Position numbers and translations under genes: made by a program. The notes below the pieces were generated by a model. The model saw nothing but the letters and a program-made list of their open reading frames with translations, was not told where the DNA came from and ran no database searches. A stretch of 64,000 nt of DNA from Schizochytrium sp. TIO01 (Eukaryota; Protista; Bigyra: Labyrinthulomycetes), in assembly GCA_004764695.1 (NCBI GenBank), contig SMSO01000031.1, positions 4,316,436-4,380,435 of the forward strand, in the 5' to 3' direction. Below are positions 1 to 14,306 of the stretch, piece by piece (within the stretch, counting starts at the first letter, position 1; each line of letters starts with the position of its first letter).

Positions 1-3000
1 AAAAATAGATAAAGGATAACAAACAAAAAACGTTTTAGAAATTAAATTTTATAGATATACAATTATAGAACACTGTATGGAGTACTCTAAACCTATGTGA
101 TATTCATTTCTTTAGAAAGGGAAAGAAAAGAAAATAACCTCTATTCAGTTTTCCCTTTCCTCCCAGATATTGACTAAAGGTTCCACAAAGTTGGTGTTTG
201 TTTGCCCAAAGCTGCTTGTCTACTTGCACCACGGTCCAAGGTGGAAACGTCGCTCAAAGCCACGTCTGTGGAGGCAGCGCATGTGGGGAGGGAGGCTTTA
301 CCAATAGCAGGAGGAAAACGAACTTTGTTTGAAAACAAGAAATGCTTTCGAGGCGAATCTTACCATACAAGTCCTAGAAGTAGCATAAGCATAAAACACA
401 ATTTCTGATCGCCACCCTCTAGGAGCCTTTCCCCCGAAATCGAGTGTGCGCCACTCAAAAAACACGAATTCGAGTTCGCGACACGATTCAAAGCTGAGTA
501 TGCTGAGTATGCTGACACGACTGTGATCAAAGTAAGCGCTCCAATGAGCTATCTCCAACGAATTATAAAAGACCATGCTTTACATGCAGAGTTGAAGAGG
601 ACGAAGACGAGGTCTTGACTACAGAACCTCCATCCACTCAGTTATATAAGCTTGTTTATCTGTGCTCAAGACGTCAAAATCGTTGCACGGCAATACTGTT
701 TATAAAAGACCAGAATTATCAACCAAATCGAGGACAAACAGGGAAATAATTTGTGGTATTCGCACAAGTCTTTTCATTTTCTCTCGGTAAGGATCCAGGA
801 AATTACTGGCAGATAATTTGAGCCTGAACTATTCTAATATCTTTTAGGCAGCCGAACTCAATAAAACTTTAGCGAAACTCGAGACTTCGTTACAGCCTCA
901 GCCTTTTGCTGTAATCACCCATAGGTCAATAAGAAGCAATGGAAATCGCTGAAGTATATACGCTTTCGATTGACCAACACTAGGTTGCAAAACGTTTGCC
1001 AAGCTTCGTTGGATCTCATCTCCGTCTGATCATTTTGTGGTGACGAGTTTATATTGGTGTATTCGCTCTCCTTCTTCTCGTCGCTGATTCGTTTCAGAAA
1101 TTGTAGTAGCATCAACGAAGTCAAGGTTGAGATAGCCCTTCAGCTAGTTAGGCGCCTAGATAACTGACTTGCCGGGGTCCAGCCATGTTGGTTTGCACCA
1201 CAACGGCCGAAATACGACTACTACCATTCTTGGATCTTGGTAAGTTCCTTTGAGTTCAACTTGTGTTTGCTTAAGTACAGTTTGCGATCTTGTGCTACTT
1301 TTCTTCTTGGTAGGCTGTCATACTTCAAGTTGGGCGATCATGCTGTGAAAGAAAGTCTCGCTTTCCCAGGGTAAGCGCTCGTGTGGTGATCCAGAGTGAA
1401 CAAATAGAGCACTTGAGAAAGAAGTTGCTGGCGAATCTTCAAACTCGCTATATTGAAGGTTCCTTGCCGAGTTTGCGAAGCTGAGTAAGCTAGTTGCTAA
1501 CTTTATGAAAGGTGCCTGCCTACCTACATAGTGAGGGTGTTGGTTAAATTCCCTCCTCACTCGCACTAGTCAGAGGTGATAGGTTAAGGGCTTCTAGCTT
1601 GGGTAAAAACTCAAGCCAAAATAATCACTCTTCCTCGAACTCGGTACGAGGCCAGTTGTGCTGTTTGGTAATAGAAGATGCGCTAAAGTCCAATGAGTGT
1701 GCATCCCGTGAGCATTTTCGAAAGCCTGCCTGTGACTATCTGCTAGGTCTGAAAGATGCTCCTTCAAATCTTCACCGCCAAGGTGACAGACAGCCTAAGA
1801 AGCCTTAAAGTCAGCGACTACAGAGGGAATCGAAGAAACTTTAGAAAATCATGTCTCTGAAAGAAGAACGAAAACACCTCTTTACGATGTATCAGCAACA
1901 AAAAGCGCGCCAGATGCTTAGGCACTAGGTACTATCATGCATGCATGTATGTAGAAATGAAGGTATGAATTAATGAATATATGCTTTGTATGTATAACTT
2001 GCAATCAAGAGTCTTCAGTAACCCGCGAATTGGTCTCTTCGTCCAAGGCAAAACGAGCCCGTTGGGAATGATAGTCTGAGAGCAAGCCAAGCTATGATAA
2101 GCTCTCACCTGTAATGATGAATGTATCTATTCACGACTCAATTTGAAAAAGGCCAGGTTTGTGCAGTCGCCTCAGAGTAAAGGCGGCCTGCAAAATCAGT
2201 AAGTGATGCTACCTAGGTACCTAGTTATTCATTCCTCCATCCAAATTCCACGCCAAAAAAGAAGCTGCCCAAAACCTTGCACATACTACTGCGTAAGCTG
2301 GTTCGAGGGGAACTGATAGTTTCGCAAGTTTGACTTGAAGCGTCAAATCTGGCTTGCGATGGGAGACACATCAAAGGATAAAATAGCTGCTTTTGCTGCA
2401 AATTTGGCTCACATCAAAGTTTGGGACAATACTATAATTTCTTTTCTTGACTTCTCTCTTTGTAAAACAAAACGCATCGAGAGCCAATAGCGGAGCAAAA
2501 GGGGAGTGCTCAAGTTTTTGGCTCAGCGTATAATGCTCCCTTCTCCTATGTTTCATTTTTTTCAACAAGAAATTTTTAATTTATCTTTTAGAGAGAGAAT
2601 GAAAACTGAGTGGTTCAACAATTCAAGTAAATGAAAGAACAATACAATTAATTTATCCTTTTTTCCCCTTCTTCTTCTTTTTTATTTTATTTTTAATGCT
2701 ACCTATTATTTTAAAAGTATAAAGTGCGTTTATGATTTTTATTTTTTAAATGCTTCTGAAAGTCTTGAGAATCGAAAGATCACTCGGAACCTCGCAAATG
2801 TGCTGACCTCACGACTCGCTCTTGGCAGTTCTCTCGTTCTGAAAGCTGTGAACTTTTCATTAATATTCTTCTTTTAATTTAATTAATAGTTATAATGAAG
2901 AATAAGTGACATCGACTCGAGAATTCCCAGAAGCTCTGCTGTTCTTTCCCTTTTACTGTGCTTGTAGAAAGTTGAAGAGCAGTTATGGAACAAACATGAT

Positions 3001-5124
3001 GCTCGCCACCAGGAACTAACTAGCAGAAGATCGACTTTATACATGTTTCGCTCATGACAGCTGCGTCTGCTCGTCCAATGTAGATTACCCAGTCAGAACA
3101 TGCGCACACTTTTGCTCCTGATTGATTCATAAATGGCTTGGTCACGCTCTTTGTGAAGGTGCTTGGGTTTCCAGAGGTTTGTTTCGTGAGGACTTATGAG
3201 GAATCATTGTCGTTTGTACCTAGTAATACGCTACTCCTACTATCAGGTACGTATTGTCTGAACGCTGAGAAACCTAGCACTGCCAGCGAAGCCAGCACAA
3301 CCCAAAAGCATAGGTAGTGAGTGCTCTGCGAGTCATGATAAAGTAAGGAGGGAAGAAGTACCAACTACTACCTTCCTTCTAGTAGCACTTTACTAGGCTC
3401 CCTCATCTCATCACCACAGATGGCCTGGTCTAAAGGAATTCTCGAGTTTAATGTTTTTAAAATCAAATTCTTTCTGTTTCCAATTTACATTATGGCTGGT
3501 TTGACGCTGACTATCTCTTTTTAATCTTTTCGTTTCCACTACCCCTGCCTTTGATGATTTAATGGCCCACCCTTGTACTACTGTCAAAGAACCAGCCAGC
3601 CAGTCAGCCAGCTTGGGCTATCTGTGCTAAACGCTTCGTTGATAACGTCTTGCTTGGGGTGCATGACACATGCTAATTTTTCTTAAGAAAAAGTTGCTTG
3701 TTCTCCTGTTCTCAGCAACGAGGGTCTTTGCTTATACACTGTGCTAAACCTGATTTGAAACCCGAAAATTGTGCCTATGCACAACACTAGTGCTGTTACT
3801 TGCAAAAGAGAAAACGCTATATTTGGCCAACTCAGCGATGCTATGCTGAGCTTTCCCCAAACCTTATCTTGTTTCAAAAAAATCCTACCTTTACCGAATG
3901 CCTCCCGTGCACCTTTTGAAGAATGTTGAGATCAGAGAGGCTGGACAAAGCTGCTGCCTTTGAGGAGTATTCAAAACGAAAGCAGAATGCAGATTTTGTG
4001 CAATACATTTAAACTGTTAACTTTTTCTTCATCTTCTCCCTTTTTTTCATAATATCAGCGAGGCGAAGTGATATAAATGAGCCATTATGGTTCTCGTGTA
4101 CTTTGTATCCTGCAAAATCTGATTGATCGCTTTAATTGTTTTATTAAATTATAAAAGAAGAAGAAACAAAATCGGATTCGATTAGTTCCCTTTGGTTGTA
4201 TAAGATTTTGTGGTGATCTTTACATTGTCAAGGCAAATATTGTGCTCGAGCTATCAAGCAAATGCTCACTTGGAAAGGGATATGTCAGCTTTGCTCCAAT
4301 CAAGTTTTTACAAAGCAATGCGGTCGCGATTACTTTGCAAAGAGAAAGGCACTCTTACTCAAAGTCATCATTTTATAGTATACAATCATGACGAAGAGCA
4401 CTTGCTAAGAAACCTATGGCCTTTTAAGTCATCAAAAGAGCAATGACGACGGCCAGGCCTTGTTGAATCAGCTTCCGTACCTTATACGCAAACAAATCTA
4501 AATGCGCTTCTTCTGATTCGATTGCCGACACAGCAAACTAGCAATACAACCCTGCGCGTGATTCAATTACGCCTTCAAATTATTCTTGGGACACCAGAAT
4601 AGGCGTTTCTCTCTAATAAACAAAATAACGTTCAGCGCGATTTAATATGGGGACACATTTTTAAGGTAAGCGAAGGAAAACCCATGAAGGGCTTTAGAGA
4701 CCTTCCTCTGATTGCACAATCCTTGCTCTCATCTCGGAGTTAGGCATGCTAACGCACCATGGAGAGCGCCAGTAAGCTATGATTACCTCCATATATACAC
4801 ACATACACTCTTCTATTCCAAAGTTTGCGAATCCAAGATTCGGGTGCGGCCAGCATCCAAGTCTTCAAAGGCTCTGAAAGATAGTTCACCAACCTGACGT
4901 TTGCAGGCCTATTCAGAACATATCCACCCGCACCCTGATTTGCTTGCGCTATCTGTTTTCCCAAAACTACCTCTCTCGTACCTAAGATGCCTGCACAAAC
5001 GATCTTGGCGTCGTTCACAAGCAAATGAATAAGTTCCCAATGCTCAAGAAAGCAAACGAAAGGCCGACGGGCCTCGTTTGCTCAGAATCGGCATCATCGG
5101 CAATCTCAATCATCTCCTATGAAA

Positions 5125-5126
5125 AC

Positions 5127-5160
<34 letters not shown>

Positions 5161-5222
5161 CACAACAATCACAACAATCACAACAATCACAACAATCACA
5201 ACAATCACAACAATAACAACAA
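5125..5222. repeat. Compound microsatellite (AAC)n followed by (CACAACAAT)n
   Basis: Directly visible tandem repeats; they produce the spurious poly-Q/N/V ORFs at 5025-5337. Confidence 0.95.
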
Positions 5223-6740
5223 TATGCTTGAGCATTTGATAGCTGTCACACCCATCTCCTCCGTAGGTCGTCAATGTATGAGAGAGATCCCTATGCACAA
5301 AGAAGAAAAGAAGGAAAACCTATATGTACGCGGATAGCCAAGCGTCAAGAAAGAGCCATGTTTCGCGCCTCCTGAGTGGCCAAACAAGAACTGCTGCTGA
5401 AGCTTCTTTCTATCCGGTCTCGCTGAGCGTCAAAGTGCCACCAGGCAGTCCTGGCGGAGGCTCGAACTGAAGAGCGCACTCCTCCAGCCTGGGCCTCCTC
5501 TAGCTAGGCTAGGCATGAATTCCCGCTGACCCATTTGAGGTCTTTACACAGTAGCGGGTGGGCCAGCTACTAGTCACCTACTAACCTCGCTACGTCCTCC
5601 CTTCTCTCATTCCTAATTGTAATTGCACTAGGCCAGCTTAGATATACCTACCTACCTAGCACCTATCTAGTGCCTAGCTAGGCGCAGCCCTCACAGGTCC
5701 CTCTTGCATTGTGTCCCCCAGCGTCCTAGTGGGATCCTATCGAGTGCTATCCACGTGCTCTCCGCCTAGTCTCTTCGCTTAGGTGCTTGCTGAAGGTGGG
5801 CTTATGGGACGGAGCAACAAGAGAAGGGCGGTTTATTTGGCAGGGAAGGCGGGGTTGGGAGCAAGTAAGCATTGCTTGTTGAAGGGATGGAAGAGCAGGG
5901 TTTGGCCGGCGTGGCGTTATTTTATTCAGGCTGGTGGAAAGAATAGACACAATATGGAAAGAAGGCAAAAAAAATACTTGGAGGTGAACTTGGAAATTAC
6001 GTCTCTTTTTCCTCGGGAAGAGGTCACACGAATTCCTTCTTCTTTTGCCCCCTCGTTTTTCTCGTTTCTCTTTCTTCCGGTTCTTTTAAACGGTTTTTTT
6101 GATATTATTAATTTGACTTATTTTATTTTTAAAATGTGCTTTTTTATATCATTCTTTTTATGTAGATGTTTTTGATTTTAAAAGGTTTATTGCACAGCAT
6201 CTTGGGATGTGATAGGCGAAAGGCCAGTTATAAAAGCGATCAGCCAGGCAATAATGTGCTGCAGCCCCCAGCCTCTGTGCTTATTTGTGGATTCCCATGC
6301 TCCGTCTCAGCCATTTGGGTGGCTCTGTGCCCCCACTGGCTGCTCAAATCGTTATTCGCCTTTCTCTGTGTGGGCCCTTTCCTGTTTTTCCTCTAGCTAG
6401 ATTTTCAAGAATCACGAATATTTTTTAAAAGTTGCTTTTAATTAAATATCCTGGATAAACGTTTTGTTTTTATTTTTATTTTTTGTTTTTTCAGATTTAA
6501 AATAAATCAATAATATACTAATGATAATACTAAAAGTTGTGCGCACGTCCCAGAAAGCAAGAAGAAGGAATAGCGAACTGCTCGTGGCAACTACCTTTCG
6601 CTCCTCTCACCTCACATATAGCCTAAATGGCCACCGAGTAGTCATCTCGGAAAGCTCGATATTGCGGAGTTACCCGTCTCCAAGTTGTGCCAATGCTTTC
6701 TGCACGATCCTGCAGACGACTCGCTTTTCGTAGGGCGTTC

Positions 6741-6832
6741 ATGATGACGGGCGCAGTTTTCTTCGCCAAGAGAATATTAATGATCAACCTTTTTCTCTTT
6801 CCAATGTGATCTGTACTAAGAAAGAGCGCTGA
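6741..6832 (+). ncRNA. Weak candidate box C/D snoRNA
   Basis: C box ATGATGA at 6741, D box CTGA at 6829, 92-nt span. AAGAAAGAGC (6818-6827) is complementary to the conserved 18S segment GCTCTTTCTT (recalled). No terminal stem. Confidence 0.2.
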
Positions 6833-7161
6833 CTCATTTTAATGATTTTTTCCGATTTTTTTTAAATAATATAACTTTTGCTAACTTTCGAGTGGAGAAG
6901 TTATGGACTAGAGGCTCTATCGTATACACTCCAGGAGCGAGGAACATGGAAACATCATGTTCGAATGGTGAACTGCGCTGAAAAAGGAAAAGCCTCCGGT
7001 TTCTTTTCTTTTCTTTTCTTTTCTTTTCTTTTCTTTCTTTTTCTTTTTATAATGTTTTTAATGTAATCAACTTTCATCCTCCTCAAGTTCTTACCGACTT
7101 CGTAACTATGGTACCAAAGAGTCCCGCCTCGCATCGCTGCAGAACTTTGGTGATGGGCGGA

Positions 7162-9000
<1,839 letters not shown>

Positions 9001-9071
9001 GGTCGAGCGGTTCGTCGATGGTAAACTTGGAGAAAGATGGATGTAATTCCAATTGACAGCAATAAGGGCGA

Positions 9072-9587
9072 TCACTCACTCACTCACTCACTCAATCACT
9101 CAATTATTTTGACGAAGCGACAGATTGGCGGCGGAGCGATTGGTTGACTCGTGAACATCATCTGTGGATCGATGGGTAAATCCATCGATAGATTGGTTCT
9201 TGAGGAAAAGCTTATGGGGAAGCTTCGCAGTGCTCGGCTTGCGAAGCTTGGGCTCAAGCTGTTTGCTGGCACTTGCTAACTTTGGTTTGCAGTACCTGCC
9301 TGGGTACCTTAAGGTACGGTGTATTCATTAGGATCTCTTGGCGCGAATCTTGCGCTCTGAGATGGCGTATCTTTGAAACTCAGATCGTGTGGCTTTGAGG
9401 CGAATCGTACTTAACTTTGATCAACTTTGGTTTGCGTTGCTTTGATAGCTACTTGAAGAACTTGATAATCTGCTCATTGTGGTGAAGAAGCCTCTCTCTC
9501 CTTGCTTGCTTTCTTGCTTGCTTTCTTGCTTGCTTTTGCTAGTTGGGCTGGGCTGAGCTGAGCTGAGCTGAGCTGATGAGCTGAGCT
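9072..9587. repeat. Short tandem repeats (CACT)n, (GCTT)n and (GCTGA)n flanking a hairpin-rich segment
   Basis: Visible at about 9072-9101, 9501-9540 and 9552-9587. Confidence 0.85.
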
Positions 9588-10825
9588 GGATCCGGCGTGA
9601 AACTCGCTGCGAGCAGTTAGCATTTCAGTTTGGAGAAGGATAGCGGCGTGAACCAAGGGAAGGAGTCCATTCCGCAACCGCCGCTTGTCGCTACCTGGAG
9701 CTTGCTACCACGTATCACATCGGCAATTTGGCTGCTTGGTCTCGGCGTGTATAAATTAGCATCGAATGAATAGCTGTTACTACTGCCTACTTACTTATGT
9801 TTATGGAAAACTTTACCAAAAACTCTGGAGAAGATATGGAAGAACACACCTCTGAGTTGGAGAGAAGATTGCGATGATCTGATCGATCGTTACCTACGTA
9901 TGTAAACCAAGCTTTCGCAGTGGCAGAAACGACAGTAGGAGGGGTTTCCAACTGGAAAGGGCATCATAACAACAAAGGACAAATTGCAAAACCGCAGCTA
10001 CCAGCGGACAGCTGTGCAGTTGCAATCCTTCTCTACCAAGTGTAAATGAAGATACTCTCTCTAGCTAGAGAGAAGCTCGAACAGAAGAACGAAAGAACAG
10101 AACGGCCCCTTGTAAGATTGCTTCGTTTCGATATATGAATCCGTCAAGTAAACATGCACGCCATGCTTGGAAGACTTGGACCGAATGACGAACAAAAGCA
10201 GCGGCACTTTTCTATGCGCCACTAGATGGCCTTCACTTTGCAGACGAGCTCGGATAAACGAACACATGAATGTCGAACGATCTGGCATCGTCTGTGTCTG
10301 AAATAGACTGAATCAACTAGATTGTTTACTAATAACGCGGCAAATTGGAAGTCAATGTTTTAGACTGGGGATGTTCAAAGCAATCAAGAAAGGTACCGAG
10401 GTGAGCTCAGGTTGGAAAGTAGGCGTTTAATCCATGGCAGACGAAGCCGGGCGCGTGCGTACTTATTTCACCGTTTTCCAAAGCGTTTTCTGTCTCATGA
10501 TTGACTCCTCTCTATATATACATGTATGCAACACATATGTATGTATACCCAGGAAAGGGATCTTGAGGGGGTATCTTACCGGTCGACTGTGCAAAGCACA
10601 CCATAAATATGAAGCAACTGAAGCCAAAAGTGCGTACCTAATCTAAGCAGCAAGACAAGGAAGAAAACTTACTGATCTTGATGCGTATTTCTATAGGCTA
10701 GAGACAGAATGACAAGATTTATTAAGGTTGATTTAGTAGGCATCTGAAGTACACGAAGACGCAGATTTTTCTAACAGCTAGCTAGTTAGCTAACCGGCTG
10801 GCTACTTTGTAACTCCAAGGGCCAA

Positions 10826-12653
10826 TTAGTTCTCCGTGGATGTTAGCATGGGCACAGGGGCATTTGAGGCTTCTTCTGCGGCACGTTGTAGGACATGGTG
10901 GATACAATGCAGGATTACTGCACGCTCCTTAGCGATGTCAGCACGTAAGAGTTTACGTAAAAGGGAGTCTTGGCCCCCAGGTCGTGCAGTAGCCCGTAGA
11001 AATTGCTGCTTCTCTGCACGTTTACGTTTTGCAATGAGGGCCTCAGTGCGCCGCTGAGGATCATGCGAAAACCTGCATTTGGCAACAGGGCATTTGCCTG
11101 TAGCCATGAAGCGATTGCACAGACGCTGAGGTCTAGGCTCGCCACGTGGGCCTGAAGAAGCCCCTCCCCGCTTGTCTGATTGTTTTCGATTATTTTCTTC
11201 CGGCTGCATTGTTATGATCTGTATTCGAGAATTTCGTCGTAGCAGCTATTTGTTTCGTAGCATCGTTTTGCCCAGAAGGCACAGCATCATTTGAAGTGCT
11301 AACTTGGGAGGTAGTTTCAGCATCCTTTACACTCGAAGCAGTTATAGTGCTTGGCTGTATCGCCCCGGCAGCTTTCGCCTCATCTTCGCGACGAGAAATG
11401 TTTGCTTGCGTAGGGTAATTGCGCCTGCGCTCTGCACGCCAGCGAGCAATCTCCTCAGGTGTAGTCCCAACACGTTGAGCTGCCAAATACTTTGGGTGTA
11501 ATTCCTCCAATGGATCCTTCTCCTTCTTTCGACGTTTTGTAGGACGATCCTTTGGTCCTCCATTCTTGTTGTTGTTGCTGCTACTAGTATTATTGTTTGA
11601 GCTCAATTTTGCGCTTTTAGCATTTTGAGATTTGTTGCCATTAGTTTGATCCCGCACAGTACCTTCGGCTTGCTCTCCTTTAACAACAGAGTCAGCATTG
11701 GCGCCTGCTGGGCCCTTGAGGGTGGTCGGGTCCTCTACGGTGTTGCTTTGTTTGCTCTCGATCGATATGTTTGAAAACGCAGCCGAGGATGGAGATACCA
11801 CACTGGTCTGGCTGATCTCCGATGTTGTACTGTTCACCTGTTTGCTATCGGTGCTATCATCTTTAGGTGTAGGTGTCATATTCTGGCCGCCTGAGTGTTG
11901 CTGTTGCTGAGTGTTGTTAGCATTACTTTGCCCTCCTTGGCCTCCACGGCGGCCTCGAGGACGTCTTCTGTTCGGTCGCCGCTTGCGTTTGTGTGGATTG
12001 TTTCCTTCAGACACACCGTGATCCTCTGTAGCTGCTTCGCCGTCGGCATTCTTGTTCTTATCCAAATCACCTTGATCCTCATTCCCAAAAGCAATAGCGG
12101 CAGACCTTTTAACTGGACTCAAAGGTGAGCTTCCGCTAGATTTGTTTTGCCTTGGACCGGCCGCAGAGTTCTTCTGCTGACCATTCCGAGGCTGTTTGTG
12201 ATGGAAACCCTGCTGGTGCTGGTGCTGCTGTTGCTGTTGATGATGTTGTTGCTGGTGGTGGAGGTGGTGGTGCGAGCTTTTCTGGTGCTGGGGCTGCGCT
12301 TGATGCTGCTGATGGTACTGCTGCTGTGCCCATTGCTGATGCTGCTGATGCTGATGCTGCTGCTGGTAGTAATATTGCTGGTATTGTTGATAATACTGTT
12401 GTTGATACTGCTGATAATACTGCTGTTGCTGGTGTTGAATTTGCCCTGCACCATGCCAATAGGGCTGCTGCAAATGCTGCTGCGAAAATCCCTGGCCGTC
12501 CGGCGAAGGGCTTTGTGCCATGGAGCTGTTTTGGGAAGGAATAGCCCCAGGCGGGCTTGGAGAAGCGCTTGAGTTCGCCTGTTGCTGATTACTAGATGAC
12601 GACTGGTCTGCGCCTTGCGGCCAACCACTCGCGAAGGGAGGCTGATGGTACAT
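10826..12653 (-). CDS. NUFIP1: NUFIP1/Rsa1-like box C/D snoRNP assembly factor with Q/H-rich N-terminus and CCCH zinc finger; +1 frame break near 11193
   Basis: NUFIP1 motif TPEEIARWRAERRRNYPT in ORF 11190-12689. The +1 ORF 10826-11209 holds a CCCH finger (CNRFMATGKCPVAKCRFSH) and the NUFIP1 C-terminal motif LLRKLLRADIAKERAVILHCI. Joined length about 608 aa. Confidence 0.85.
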
Positions 12654-12838
12654 GGTCCACGGCGGAGACCAAAGAAGAAGAGAGACCAAGGCCTACCGCC
12701 GGGAACTCACTAATTCTTCTTGATAAAGACAACTGCGACCACACCTAGAAAAGCTTACTTGAGCACCACGAGTTTGATCCCGAGTGGCGAACCGGGTCCA
12801 AGGTCTGGGTCTGTGGAGTCTTGTGCGCTAGAATTCCT

Positions 12839-12928
12839 GGAACATAGAACTTTTGGCACTATTGAAACTTGTGGAATTTACGGAACTTTAAAAGAACTTT
12901 TGGAACTCTAAGAACTTGGGGTGGAACA
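12839..12928. promoter_or_regulatory. Array of RGAAC motifs in the divergent promoter between NUFIP1 and the membrane-protein gene
   Basis: Seven RGAAC copies plus two variants, spaced about 10 nt apart, in a 480-bp head-to-head gap. Confidence 0.4.
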
Positions 12929-13136
12929 TCATACCTTCAAGGACGATGCGAAGTGACACGAAATCTTCAAGGTTGCTTTCTGACAGATCTGTAATTGCGT
13001 AGCCGGAGCTTCTTTATTAAGCGAGCGCAAACTTATCGACAGAAAGTTGGGCACTTACGTATTTCTTTCTTTGAGGCCTCTCAATCCTAGCTTTTGTTTG
13101 ACTTGAGAAGCTTAGCGAGAAGTTGTCCGAGATAAC

Positions 13137-14306
13137 ATGGATGTCATCTGGAAAGAGCTGGAGAAGGTGAACGCAGCCTTGAAAGACGTAGACTTCAAAG
13201 AAGCTATAGAAAATGCAATCGAGAGGTCGCAGCTGGTAGAATCATCAATCCCGATTGTTATCTATGGGGCTATCCTCGCTCTAAGTTTGCTGATTGTCAG
13301 CGTTGCGTGGCTGAAGCTGTACTCCTCGGTGGAGAATAACAAAACTGAAATTATGAGAAACATCCTCATCGCGTTGCCATTTTCACTGAGCACACTTGCA
13401 ATCATTGGCGGGGACCTCTTCGAGTACGCGCAAGAACTTGCTCAAAAGGCTGGATGTAGTTCTAGCAACACGGTCCTTGAGATCCTCAAATGCAACACTC
13501 CAGCTTGGAAGGAGACAAATCTAGGTATGGACTCTGCAATTCGAATTGTCAATACGCCGAATGGATGGGTGTTTACCTCACAAGATCTCATGTTTTCCCT
13601 CTCCTTGTTTGCCTTCCTCCATCTAGAAGGTGCTCGGCTTGGTGTAAGTAGGTTTGTCGTACTTGCCATGGTTCTTATTGGAATTCTTGGCGGTATGGCA
13701 ACTTGCGTTGGCTTTGCATTGAGCTACTTTCTCCTCCTCAAATCACAAGAACAGGATACGCAGCAAAAAAGGGTCTCTAAGCTGCCTTTGACTCTCGTTC
13801 TTTGCTCTATTGTTATCACGAAAACAATTGTGGTTCTTCCTAATACATTTGAATATCACCGCAATACATTTTTCATGTGGTCGCTGATAGCAATGGGCAT
13901 CGCATGTGTTCTTCCCTGCATTATATTTCGGCCTAGCACCACCAGTTCAAAGAGTCCTGAGGCTAAAAGGCAGAAACTCTTTACTGCACTGTTTTTCGCA
14001 ACTCTCGCTGGAGCTAGTGCTTTGCTGCATATTGAAAATCTAATGCGTGCTACACTTTACTTTTTAGCAACTAAGCCTGACGGAGGCCCCGCAGAATTGG
14101 CAGAGTATTTGACTATGGAACCTTTCACCAAAGACCATTGCCAAAGAGTTGTATCTGCCGACGTAATCCTCGCAACAGCTGCTACAATTTTGTATATGGT
14201 ATCCCAGGTGTCTACTCTGCGTGGATTCTACTATGTTATCCTTACCTTTTGCTTTGGGATATCAGTCAGTTTCCCTCTTTTTTTAGGCTGGGAATCCGAA
14301 CTGTAA
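13137..14306 (+). CDS. Multi-pass membrane protein, possibly with two DUF2834-like units
   Basis: 389-aa ATG ORF with about 9 hydrophobic helices. Motifs DLMFSLSLFAFLHLEGARLG and ISVSFPLFLGW resemble DUF2834 (tentative). Confidence 0.75.
   Translation: MDVIWKELEKVNAALKDVDFKEAIENAIERSQLVESSIPIVIYGAILALSLLIVSVAWLKLYSSVENNKTEIMRNILIALPFSLSTLAIIGGDLFEYAQELAQKAGCSSSNTVLEILKCNTPAWKETNLGMDSAIRIVNTPNGWVFTSQDLMFSLSLFAFLHLEGARLGVSRFVVLAMVLIGILGGMATCVGFALSYFLLLKSQEQDTQQKRVSKLPLTLVLCSIVITKTIVVLPNTFEYHRNTFFMWSLIAMGIACVLPCIIFRPSTTSSKSPEAKRQKLFTALFFATLAGASALLHIENLMRATLYFLATKPDGGPAELAEYLTMEPFTKDHCQRVVSADVILATAATILYMVSQVSTLRGFYYVILTFCFGISVSFPLFLGWESEL

Noticed and set aside
298-1900. Protein-looking fragments on the minus strand (possible pseudogene)
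   Set aside because: Stop density is near random and no family motif is recognisable.
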